A DNA stretch of 64,000 nt from Candidatus Latescibacterota bacterium. Its GTDB lineage: Bacteria; Latescibacterota; UBA2968; UBA8231. Within the stretch, counting starts at the first letter, position 1, and every line of letters starts with the position of its first letter. Below, piece after piece: positions 18,343 to 27,439 of the stretch. The notes beneath the pieces were generated by a model. It ran no database searches, had not been told where the DNA came from, and was given only the letters and a program-made list of their open reading frames with translations. Location: NCBI GenBank assembly GCA_965248265.1, contig CBDFJF010000002.1, positions 4,064,001 to 4,128,000 of the forward strand, written 5' to 3'. A program made the translations under genes and the position numbers.

Positions 18343-21300
18343 TCATGCGGAAACTTCCGTCCGCTGGCCGGTCAGGATCTCTTCGCCCTGCTGCCGGTAG
18401 GACTCCTTGGCGTCGCTCTCGACTGTGCGCCAGATCAGAAACTGCTTCCGAATGACGTTCATGAAGCGCTGATTGACTCGTCTCCAGGAAGCATCTTCTC
18501 CACTGAGCCTGCGGATGTCCAGTGTTATCTGATAGATCTGTTGCTGTTCGGGTTCTGGTACGGCACTGATGACGACGTGCTGGCTTACTCCCAGATCGAA
18601 GGGCGCCAACCAGATGTTCATGTCGATGTTGTACCCGGAGGCGACTCCCGCATCGAAACGAGAAAGGCGAGCGCCGTCTGTGTAAAAGGTTCCGATCGAC
18701 TCCTCACTGTAGGAGTCGAAGTAGCCGATGAGGAACACGCTGAGCCCGAGGACATCGTGGCCGCTTACCGTAAACGGAAACTCGAAGTGCCACTCATCTC
18801 CCTCGGGCGAAGGCAGGCGCCACTTCCGCGTGACGTCCGGCACGGCCATCTGCGACGCCTTGCGAGCCGGATAGAGGGTCGACAGGATGACGACGGCCAT
18901 TACCAGCAGACAGGAGAGCACCGCTGACAATGAAGAGTAGTTGAGCGTGAAACCCGTTATCACCTGCAGCTTCATCATTGCGGTGGCCACAATCTGTCCA
19001 CTGAGATAGCCGGCGACGACCCCAAGAACCGCGTAGACACAGGATTCGGCCACGAACAACCACGCAATGTGACCGGGGGCCAGGCCGACTGAAGAATAAA
19101 TTCCGATCTCGCGCAGACGCTCGTAGACGCTGCCCATCATCGTGTTGAGGACGATCAGTGCGGCGATGAGGATGGGAACGAAGAGATTCGCTATTCCGGA
19201 AAGCGAAGTCATGCCGAGAGAGCTGTAGATGGAGACCTTGATGTAGTCGTCGTCTGGATCCTGGGCGCCGGCGAACAAAGTTACCGCGAGGCGGGAAAGA
19301 AAAGTCTCAATTTCAGCGCGCACGTCAATACCGGGTTCGAAGCGCACCGCCACAGACTGCAGCGGATTGCCGCTGCCGACGTTGCGCAGCGTCTGGTAGG
19401 GTATGATCAGGGTGTTCGCCGGTTCCAGATGGACGAAGGGCTTGATGACCACCTTCGAGTCCTCCAGTCCCTGCTTCTCTCGCTCTTCCTCCTTGGCCAT
19501 GTCCTGTACCGCCTGACCACCCGTCACCGCGAAGTCGGCGGGAGTTATGACTTCGTCATCGAGATCCTTGAGCGCCTTCATGCGTTTCGAGTCGATGATG
19601 CCGACGACGGTGAACATCTCTCCGAACACCCGGATCTGGACGCTGCCAACCTCATCGGTATCGAAATTGAGGTTGTCGACTCCGATCATCTCGCTGGGCA
19701 GTATGCAGACTTTCTCCTCTCCCGGGAGAAACCACCGTCCAGCGATCAGACCCGTGTCGAGTCCGGTGACCAGCTTTTCCTGCGGTGTCAATCCGAGCAC
19801 GCCCAGTGCATCGTGGGCGTTGCCATCGTGCATCAACTTGACGTGGACCTTCTTCTTGTTGTCGTACCAGCTGCGCGGGGCGACGGTGCCGATGCGGCCG
19901 AAATTACTCTCGGCGTACTCCAGCACGGATGTCTCGAGAGGAATCCATGCCTTGCTGCGGATGAGGATGCCCTCGTAGAGCCCCTCGTTGTCTCGCTGGA
20001 TTTGATTGAAGCGCAGAGAGGTCTGAATCGAAGTAAAAGACAGTACCGTAAACGTCAGCAGCAGCAAGGTGAAGAAGGTCAACACGGTCCGCAGTTTGCG
20101 CCGCTTCATATTCGAGATGCCGAGCATGAAGGCAGTCAGGGATGCGCTCGAACGGCTGACGTCGGTATCGTGCACGACGGCCACTTCCGTGCGCAGCTTC
20201 TTCATCTGCTCGTTGAAGCGACCGCCGATGATCCACATCACCAGCGAGGCCAGCGTCAAAATCACGAAACCGAGTAGAATGACGAACGGGTTTGACAGCT
20301 CAAAAGCCGGATGCACGGCGGACAATACCAGCCAGATCGCGGCGAAGACGAAGACGAACCCGAAGATCTGGTTCTTGATCGTGGCCGCGGTGATCAACAG
20401 GCGCTCAGTGAAGTAGGCGCAGGGGAGCACGAGTGCCATGAAGAAGATGATGCCGCGGATGACGTCGTTCTGCGTCGATTTGACGTCCGGATAGGCCCTC
20501 GACTCGAGACCGATCCCCGCGCGGGTGTGCTTGGTGAAGGCACTCCAGTCCCTTTCCGCTAGCGCCGCCTCGGCCAGGTCGATCTCTTTCTTGGCCCGGC
20601 CGTGCAAGTCGTTCAGACGCTCGTTTTGTATGGCGAAGCTCTTGAGCTCCTGCATGCGGGCCTCGTCGAGCATCCACATGTCCTTCGCCGCTCTGAACGA
20701 GGTGCGGCTGAAGGAGGATCCAGGTCCGATGTCGAACCCGTCACCCAGGGCGCGCTCCTTGTTTTCGGCGGACTGGGAGTTGAGCAACAGATAGCGAAAA
20801 CCCAGGATATCAGCTCCGAAGCCCATTTTTACTACTGTGCCGGGACGGGCGAAGAGGACACCGACGGGCTCTTCGAGCGCCGAAGGCCCCTCGCCGATGG
20901 AATATCCGTACTCCACCGGGGCCGTGTTGGTGTCATCGAAGACCTGGACCTGAGCCAGCTTGGTCAGGTAGCGGGGATCGACGATATCGAAGTAATTGTA
21001 GGCCTGGCAAGGGAAGAGGATGACCATCCAATCCTTGTCCCGCCAGTCCATCTTGATGAGCATTCCGTAAGATCCGCCCTCGGTGTTTCCACGGTCCGGA
21101 GCGTAGGTCACTTCCCCGGTGGCGGGATCCAGGTAATATCCCTCGACTTGCAGCTGGTTGACGCGAATGCGGTTGACGTGAAACGCGCCGCGATCGTCGA
21201 CCACCTCGAAGTATTCCCCGCGGACTCCCTTGTAGGATTTCTTCTTACCGTTGCGCAGCACGGCGACGGCGCCCTTGCGGGGAAGATCGGGGACGATGCT

Positions 21301-23127
21301 GCGGCGAGGGAAAATCATCGTGCGCCCATTCAGGGTGCGCAACGTATCCTTCAAGCGCATCTTGAAATCGGGGAACAGCTCCGCGTCCTGGAAGGCCAGA
21401 TGGAACATGCCGGCGAGTACCCGTATCTGTTTTTGCAGATTCAGGTAGTTCACCTTGTCAGCCTTGTCCAGGGGGGTATCGACTAGGAAACGAGCGTCGT
21501 TCACGGTCACGAACGCCAGCGCTGGGGTGCCGGTGTCGAGGACGAGTTCGCTGTTGACGGATATCTCCCCCGGCACGAACGATTCCCAGTTCTTGCCTCC
21601 CTCGGGACTGATGCCATTGACGAGAACGTCTCGGAACAAGTATCCCAACTCCCGGCTTATCTCGCGGGAGTAGTTCATGAAGTTCTTGCCGAACGGTGCG
21701 AAGTAGCGCTTGTAATAGAAGCTGGTGTTGCTGTTCCAGACCCCTAGTTCGTCGGTTTGCGTCGACAGATCGAGGCTGATGAACAGTTTGACACTCAACG
21801 TATCAACCTTCGGCGTGGCCCACTCGTGCAGGAACTGCAACCGCAGGTCCTCGTCCCGCATCAGATTCTGCACCAGGACCTGACGGTTCTCGAAGGACCT
21901 GTCCCCTATCACGAGGGAAGCGCTGGCGCCTTTTTCCTCCCCCATGGCACCGAGGTCGCCACGTTGCAGTATGCTCTGAACCAGCGCCGTATCGACGTCG
22001 GCCACGTGTTGGATGAGAGATTCCTTGCCCAGGAAATTCTCTTCCCCGAGGTGATAGCGCACCCCCTCGCGCTCGATGATGCCCTGTTCGAGGGCCACCT
22101 CGACGGCCCTCCGGAACACCATGCGGTCGACGAAGGGATCCTCTCTGCGCAGATACCGCTGGATGAAATCGTCGATGCCGCGCAGACCCAGGTGATGGGC
22201 TGATGTGGCTAGCAACACGATCGTACGGGGGGCGGGATGCTCTCTGAAATAAGCAGCCAACTCCAGCAAGGCCGCGATTCCGGCCGCTTGCTCAGCGCCG
22301 GGTGCCAGACCTGGAACGACGGACATGGCGTCGTAGTAAGCCTCGAGAACGATGACGTCGTCCTTGAGAAGTGGATCGTAACCGGGGACCTGACCCACTA
22401 TGTTCCAGGCCTCACGGCGCTCCCAGTCCATGCGGTATTCGAAGTGCGCCTGGAGTTGGCGATCCTCCTGGGAAGCGCCTGTCTGCCCGATCTTCGATCG
22501 CAACCACGCCCCATCCTCCTTCGACACCCAGAAACGGGGTACATCGAGAGGCATGGTAAGGAATTTTCTCTCACCTTCCAGGTACACGGTAGAGTCGGGT
22601 TCGATGAAAACGACACCCGCTGCACCGAGATAGGCAGGGTTCAGCCAGTTATCACCCGTGTTGAAATCCATCAACACGTAGGCCCCCTCCAGATCCTGAC
22701 CATTCATCGCTGAAAACTCACCGGATCCGGCGTCTATCAGGCGTGCATCAACCCCACCGTCGGGAAGCGTCGATGTCCGCACCAGATTGGGCCATAGTCC
22801 ATGCAAAGCGATCGCGCGGTCATCACCGCCAATGTGCAGAAACCCACCTTTTTCAACTGGAATGGAGATGTCATAGGTGTGTGCGGCGACCTTGTGGAGG
22901 CCAAGGTCTTCAAAGGCGGCCTGGATGAAGGAGGCAGCCTGATCCGCTCCGGGGTATCCGACTACGCGAGATCCCAGACCGGCAAGATACCCGATCGACT
23001 GCTCGAGCTGCTCTTTCTTGGCCAGCCCTCGCAACGCATCGTAGTCCAACTCGGTCGCCGCCGCTGGCAACTGACTGGCAATGGCAACGGCAACAGCCAC
23101 CAGACCTTTTCGCGCGAAATCAGTCAA
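18343..23127 (-). CDS. Large fusion: signal peptide, PA domain + M28-peptidase-like domain, extra TM block, MacB/FtsX-type permease
   Basis: 'SRVVGYPGADQAA', 'WNIVGQVPG', 'VLEAYYDA..APGA..AAGIAALLELA' (M28 fold); 'ISNMKRRKLRTVLT', 'GRWF', 'NTMMGSVYERLREIGIYSSVGL', 'STLYPARKAS' (MacB/FtsX). TTG 23127 follows a GA-rich SD and gives a clean signal peptide; the ORF is open to 23190. Confidence 0.85.
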   Translation of the reverse strand: MTDFARKGLVAVAVAIASQLPAAATELDYDALRGLAKKEQLEQSIGYLAGLGSRVVGYPGADQAASFIQAAFEDLGLHKVAAHTYDISIPVEKGGFLHIGGDDRAIALHGLWPNLVRTSTLPDGGVDARLIDAGSGEFSAMNGQDLEGAYVLMDFNTGDNWLNPAYLGAAGVVFIEPDSTVYLEGERKFLTMPLDVPRFWVSKEDGAWLRSKIGQTGASQEDRQLQAHFEYRMDWERREAWNIVGQVPGYDPLLKDDVIVLEAYYDAMSVVPGLAPGAEQAAGIAALLELAAYFREHPAPRTIVLLATSAHHLGLRGIDDFIQRYLRREDPFVDRMVFRRAVEVALEQGIIEREGVRYHLGEENFLGKESLIQHVADVDTALVQSILQRGDLGAMGEEKGASASLVIGDRSFENRQVLVQNLMRDEDLRLQFLHEWATPKVDTLSVKLFISLDLSTQTDELGVWNSNTSFYYKRYFAPFGKNFMNYSREISRELGYLFRDVLVNGISPEGGKNWESFVPGEISVNSELVLDTGTPALAFVTVNDARFLVDTPLDKADKVNYLNLQKQIRVLAGMFHLAFQDAELFPDFKMRLKDTLRTLNGRTMIFPRRSIVPDLPRKGAVAVLRNGKKKSYKGVRGEYFEVVDDRGAFHVNRIRVNQLQVEGYYLDPATGEVTYAPDRGNTEGGSYGMLIKMDWRDKDWMVILFPCQAYNYFDIVDPRYLTKLAQVQVFDDTNTAPVEYGYSIGEGPSALEEPVGVLFARPGTVVKMGFGADILGFRYLLLNSQSAENKERALGDGFDIGPGSSFSRTSFRAAKDMWMLDEARMQELKSFAIQNERLNDLHGRAKKEIDLAEAALAERDWSAFTKHTRAGIGLESRAYPDVKSTQNDVIRGIIFFMALVLPCAYFTERLLITAATIKNQIFGFVFVFAAIWLVLSAVHPAFELSNPFVILLGFVILTLASLVMWIIGGRFNEQMKKLRTEVAVVHDTDVSRSSASLTAFMLGISNMKRRKLRTVLTFFTLLLLTFTVLSFTSIQTSLRFNQIQRDNEGLYEGILIRSKAWIPLETSVLEYAESNFGRIGTVAPRSWYDNKKKVHVKLMHDGNAHDALGVLGLTPQEKLVTGLDTGLIAGRWFLPGEEKVCILPSEMIGVDNLNFDTDEVGSVQIRVFGEMFTVVGIIDSKRMKALKDLDDEVITPADFAVTGGQAVQDMAKEEEREKQGLEDSKVVIKPFVHLEPANTLIIPYQTLRNVGSGNPLQSVAVRFEPGIDVRAEIETFLSRLAVTLFAGAQDPDDDYIKVSIYSSLGMTSLSGIANLFVPILIAALIVLNTMMGSVYERLREIGIYSSVGLAPGHIAWLFVAESCVYAVLGVVAGYLSGQIVATAMMKLQVITGFTLNYSSLSAVLSCLLVMAVVILSTLYPARKASQMAVPDVTRKWRLPSPEGDEWHFEFPFTVSGHDVLGLSVFLIGYFDSYSEESIGTFYTDGARLSRFDAGVASGYNIDMNIWLAPFDLGVSQHVVISAVPEPEQQQIYQITLDIRRLSGEDASWRRVNQRFMNVIRKQFLIWRTVESDAKESYRQQGEEILTGQRTEVSA

Positions 23128-23261
23128 TCTCCCCCTTCTCTTGATACGGTAATTTTGAATGGTCCGAGATTCTGATTCAGTCGAATACATCGGGCCAAAT
23201 TCGACAATAATACCGCCTTACGCAACAATCGAGGACCACGGAGGTCTGCCTGTTGGCCCGG

Positions 23262-23783
23262 TCAGCCCGAGCGTGAATCCATGCGTGTCAGTCCCTGGAG
23301 AATCCAATACACGACCAGACCGATCAAAGCGCCACTGAGCAATCCCCCCACGAGGAACAGTGGCAGCAGCGAAAACAGACCTGGCTGATCGATGTAGACG
23401 TAAGCCAACAACAGCTGAACGCCCTGATGCGTCACAGCTCCCATGATACTGATGCCGATCGGACTGAACAGCCACCCCGGGGCGTGTCGGGCGAGGCCCA
23501 TAATGCTCAGACTGGCCATGCCTGCGCCAGCACTGATCACGAAGGCAGGGCCGGCCAAGCTTCCAGTGAGCAGACCTCCGACCACGATCTTGATGCTGGC
23601 AACCACGAAAGCCTGGCGAACACCAAACAGCATCAGGGCCAACAACACCGCCCCGTTACCTAGACCCAACTTCATCCACGGCAGAGGTCGAGGTACGGCC
23701 GCCTCGATCACGAACAGGACAAGGGCTGTTCCCGCCACCAACGCCAGTCTGGCCAGACCAGATGTGCTGCTGGGACCGGTCAC
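23262..23783 (-). CDS. Gx transporter family protein (heptaprenyl diphosphate synthase component I-like)
   Basis: 'LFVIEAAVPRPLPWMKLGLGN', 'FSPIGISIMGAVTH..Q'; about 5 TM segments; follows a NusG-domain-II gene. Confidence 0.8.
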   Translation of the reverse strand: MTGPSSTSGLARLALVAGTALVLFVIEAAVPRPLPWMKLGLGNGAVLLALMLFGVRQAFVVASIKIVVGGLLTGSLAGPAFVISAGAGMASLSIMGLARHAPGWLFSPIGISIMGAVTHQGVQLLLAYVYIDQPGLFSLLPLFLVGGLLSGALIGLVVYWILQGLTRMDSRSG

Positions 23784-24172
23784 TGAGTGACCGCATCCAG
23801 GTCAGGATTGGAACCGTCCACCCCCACAAGGCGTAGGATCACGCGATTGGGAAGACAGACGGCAAGCTCGCCCGCGTCGTGCATCCATCCTGTGTTCACG
23901 CAGATCTGGTGGCGGCAAGGCGACGACACGATCCTGGCCGCCGACGGTCCGATCTCGACTACCGTTACACCCAGTGGGCCGGCGTACTCAATTTTCTGTG
24001 GGCTAGTGAGTGTGTAGGGTCCGTCTGATCCCGCGGTGCTTTCGATGAGTGCTGCCCCCGCGGAGACGGAACCACCATCCGGAATGGCCAGTATCAACGT
24101 CGTCAAACCGACAGCGCCGATGACGATCCCGTCGCCTATTTTCAGTATGCCCATGGCCTGTCGGTGCCGCAT
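23780..24172 (-). CDS. NusG domain II-containing (DUF1312) exported protein
   Basis: 'LKIGD' + TM, 'GPLGVTVVEI', 'SPCRHQICVNTGW', 'VCLPNRV'; AAGGAGG SD before ATG 24172. Confidence 0.8.
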   Translation of the reverse strand: MRHRQAMGILKIGDGIVIGAVGLTTLILAIPDGGSVSAGAALIESTAGSDGPYTLTSPQKIEYAGPLGVTVVEIGPSAARIVSSPCRHQICVNTGWMHDAGELAVCLPNRVILRLVGVDGSNPDLDAVTQ

Positions 24173-24292
24173 CTGTCCCTCCTTGACATGCGCTTGAGGG
24201 ATGGCTAAGATTCGAACCTGCTGCAAACGCTACAATTTAGCAGTAGAAGCGGATCGGCACTATCACCGACAGGTCCCCACGCGGGAACGCAC

Positions 24293-24631
24293 ATGTACTG
24301 GTGGATAATAACCGTCGTCTGTATTTGCGGCGCCTTGCTGATACAGTACTTGTGTTCGAGTAAAATCCTGCGCATGAAGCAGGCCATCTCGATCAAGAGC
24401 ATGGCTCTGCGCGATGTGCGCGCGGAAGGTTCCCGCCTCGAGGAACAGGAACAGGAACTGAAGAATCAGCAGACCAGCCTGACGCATGGCATCAACCGGC
24501 TCCGAGGCGATCTCAAGTCGTTGATGCCCAGGTTGAAGGAGATGGAAATAGACATTCCCGACCCTGATTTTCCATTGAGTGAACTCGAAGACGACGCTCA
24601 GCCTGAGGCTGAGGCTGAGGCTGAAAGCTAA
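24293..24631 (+). CDS. Hypothetical membrane-anchored coiled-coil protein
   Basis: N-terminal TM segment, heptad-rich middle, acidic tail (EAEAEAES). Confidence 0.6.
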   Translation: MYWWIITVVCICGALLIQYLCSSKILRMKQAISIKSMALRDVRAEGSRLEEQEQELKNQQTSLTHGINRLRGDLKSLMPRLKEMEIDIPDPDFPLSELEDDAQPEAEAEAES

Positions 24632-24801
24632 ACCTGCCTACGCCTGTCCCTGACCCATTCCACAGCTGTTCGTATCGCTCACCGCCGTACCTGCATATCC
24701 TATTGACCTACACAGCCCCGTAAATCGACTCATCCCAGCCTGTTGAGTATATTGGTTGAGAAGCAAGCGTCATGTTCTTCTCGTGAAAGGACTTATTCCG
24801 C

Positions 24802-27063
24802 TTGACCGATCCGGCAGCCCTGCCTTTCCCGCCCCCCTCTGGTGAGGAGCCACCCGCGGATCCAGATCAAACCCCTGTCCGGGGGGTCTCCGACACGTCC
24901 GGCAGTCTCGACGAACTGCTGGAGCAAGCCTCGAACCATCTACAACTGCAGATGCTCCTCATCGAGGTCGCCTCCAGCAACGAGCAGGCTGACTTCGATC
25001 TCATCGCCCGAGCCTATTACTTCGCCCACGCGCATCATGATGGGCAAACGCGCAAGTCTGGCCAACCCTTCATGCAGCACTGCGTCGAGGTGGCGCGGAT
25101 TCTTGCCCAACTGAGGCTGGATTCCACTACCGTAGCGGCCGGCCTGCTCCACGACGTCCTCGAGGACACGCCAGTGAGCCTCGAGGAAGTCGCCGCCGAA
25201 TTCGGTCCAAAGATCGCTGCTCTCACCGATGGCGTGACCAAAATAGAGCGATTCCGCTACGAGAGCCGTGAAGCTCGTCAGGCTGAGACCTACCGCAAAA
25301 TGCTGCTGTCAATGGTCGAGGATATTCGCGTGATCCTGGTGAAGTTCGCCGACCGCCTGCACAACATGCGAACCCTCGAACACATGGACTCAGAGCAGCA
25401 AAAACGCACGGCTCTCGAGACCGCCGAAGTGTACGCCCCCCTCGCTCACCGGTTAGGCCTGGCGCGCATCCGTTGGGAGCTGGAGGACCGCAGCCTGAAG
25501 TACATGGATCCCGATATGTATCGAGAGATTCGCGACAAGGTCTCGATGAAGCGAGAACAGAGAGAGGCCTATATCCATGACTTCAAAGCGCCGATCGAGG
25601 CGGAGCTGGCACGCAGTTCGATTGAAGCCGAGATCATGGGGCGCCCGAAGAATTTTTTCAGCATTTACAACAAGATGAAGTCGAGGGGAAAACCGTTCGA
25701 TGAGATCTATGACCTGTTGGCGGTGCGAGTCATCGTCGATTCGGCCAGAGAGTGCTATCACACTCTGGGTTTGATCCACACGATCTATCACCCGATCCCC
25801 GACCGCTTCAAAGACTATCTGGCAACACCGAAGACGAACATGTATCAGTCGCTGCACACTGCCGTCATCGGACCGCGGGGGTTACCGGTGGAAGTCCAGA
25901 TTCGCACCCGCGAAATGCACCACACAGCCGAATTCGGCATTGCCGCCCACTGGCGGTACAAGAGCGGCCTTTCGAAGAAGGGTCTCGACTTCGAAAACCA
26001 GATCAACTGGCTGCGACAGGTCCTCGACTGGCAGCGGGACGCCACCGACCCCGTCGAGTTCATGGAGAATCTGAAGATCGAGTTATTTCAGGACGAGATC
26101 TTCATCTTTACGCCCAAAGGGGATCTGCACCAGCTGCCCGGTGGTGCCACGCCGATCGATTTTGCCTTCGCCATCCATACCGATATCGGCCTCCACTGCT
26201 TGACGGCGAAGGTCAACGGACAAGTCGTACCGTTGAGTACGGAACTCAGCAGCGGAGACAATGTGCAGATCATCACCTCGCCCCACCAAAAGCCCAGTCA
26301 ATCCTGGCTCGAAATGGTGAAGACGGGCAAGGCCCGGCAGGCAATTCATCGTTGGTTGCGAGAGGAGCAATACGCCCATAGCGTTCGCCTGGGACAGGAA
26401 ATCCTGGAGCGTGAACTCAGAAAATACAGGCACCGGATAAAGAGCGATGCCCTGGAGGGGTTGGCGGAGGAGTTCGGCCTTACCGACAGCGAGCATCTTT
26501 ACGCCCGTATCGGCAGTGGTGATCTGTCCGTCGGCCGCGTGGTCAGTCAGCTGTTTCCGGAGAAGCCGAAACGACGGCTGCGGTTTCCGCTGTTGCGCGA
26601 TCGTCGTGGGATCCGTATTCAGGGCATTGACCACCTGATGATACACTTCGGCAAGTGTTGCACGCCCATCCCAGGTGATCCGGTCATCGGACTGATTACC
26701 CGAGGTCGGGGCATTTCAGTACACCGGACCGATTGCCCCAACATCGGCGACATCGCCGAGGATCCGGATCGCATCGCATCGGTGGAATGGGATATCGAAG
26801 AAGAGCAGGCGTTCACCGTTCAGCTACAGGTCAAGGGAACGGATCGCAAATACCTGCTTTCGGACGTGGCCCGGGCCATTTCAGACGCGGGAGCTAATAT
26901 CCAGAGCTCTGCTGCCCGCACGACGCAGAACACGGCAGAGGAAACCTTCTGGGTCGACATCAAAGACACCCGTCAGCTACAGACCTTGATGCGCGGCCTC
27001 TCGAATGTCGAAGGTGTAACCGATGTCCGGCGCGTGGACGACCCACAACCCGTCTCCAGCTGA
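24802..27063 (+). CDS. rel: Bifunctional (p)ppGpp synthetase/hydrolase (long RelA/SpoT homolog)
   Basis: Intact HD 'LLHDVLEDT', 'KFADRLHNMRTL', synthetase 'YQSLHT' and 'EVQIRT', TGS 'ATPIDFAFAIHT', 'CCTPIPGD', C-terminal ACT. Confidence 0.95.
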   Translation: MTDPAALPFPPPSGEEPPADPDQTPVRGVSDTSGSLDELLEQASNHLQLQMLLIEVASSNEQADFDLIARAYYFAHAHHDGQTRKSGQPFMQHCVEVARILAQLRLDSTTVAAGLLHDVLEDTPVSLEEVAAEFGPKIAALTDGVTKIERFRYESREARQAETYRKMLLSMVEDIRVILVKFADRLHNMRTLEHMDSEQQKRTALETAEVYAPLAHRLGLARIRWELEDRSLKYMDPDMYREIRDKVSMKREQREAYIHDFKAPIEAELARSSIEAEIMGRPKNFFSIYNKMKSRGKPFDEIYDLLAVRVIVDSARECYHTLGLIHTIYHPIPDRFKDYLATPKTNMYQSLHTAVIGPRGLPVEVQIRTREMHHTAEFGIAAHWRYKSGLSKKGLDFENQINWLRQVLDWQRDATDPVEFMENLKIELFQDEIFIFTPKGDLHQLPGGATPIDFAFAIHTDIGLHCLTAKVNGQVVPLSTELSSGDNVQIITSPHQKPSQSWLEMVKTGKARQAIHRWLREEQYAHSVRLGQEILERELRKYRHRIKSDALEGLAEEFGLTDSEHLYARIGSGDLSVGRVVSQLFPEKPKRRLRFPLLRDRRGIRIQGIDHLMIHFGKCCTPIPGDPVIGLITRGRGISVHRTDCPNIGDIAEDPDRIASVEWDIEEEQAFTVQLQVKGTDRKYLLSDVARAISDAGANIQSSAARTTQNTAEETFWVDIKDTRQLQTLMRGLSNVEGVTDVRRVDDPQPVSS

Positions 27064-27067
27064 TCAC

Positions 27068-27337
27068 CTATCGTTCACCTGCAGCCGCGCGGCGAAGAGT
27101 TGCGAGAATCGCCTCTTCCTCAGGGGTCATGATGTCACCTCCGCCATAGTGGCCACCGACCTGCTCTTCGACCCATCCCAGGACGATCCTGATCTGCAGA
27201 ACGCTTAGTTCCAGTGGCTGATTGGCGCTCAGGGCGTTCTGGAGTTTCCTCTGGACCCTTTTCTCGTCGGGCCAGAAGAACTCCTCCTTCCATTGGAGAA
27301 TGAGCTCGATCTGTCTCGAAGTGAGCGACACCTTCAC
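27068..27337 (-). CDS. Small hypothetical protein (~89 aa)
   Basis: Fills the gap between rel and hisC with protein-like composition; GTG 27337 taken as start (ORF open to 27421). Confidence 0.55.
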   Translation of the reverse strand: MKVSLTSRQIELILQWKEEFFWPDEKRVQRKLQNALSANQPLELSVLQIRIVLGWVEEQVGGHYGGGDIMTPEEEAILATLRRAAAGER

Positions 27338-27439
27338 TTTATAGTCCGTTCGCTGAATTGACACAGTGTGGGTGTGATCAGATTGTTTGAACCACGATCT
27401 GATCGTTAGTGCTATTCCCACTCAACTTCAAGGTAGTCC

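Noticed and set aside
17362-18927. 521-aa plus-strand ORF and other long antisense ORFs (e.g. 35552-36520, 42389-43291, 45618-46517)
   Set aside because: Shadow frames opposite well-supported genes, expected in high-GC coding DNA; no recognisable motifs
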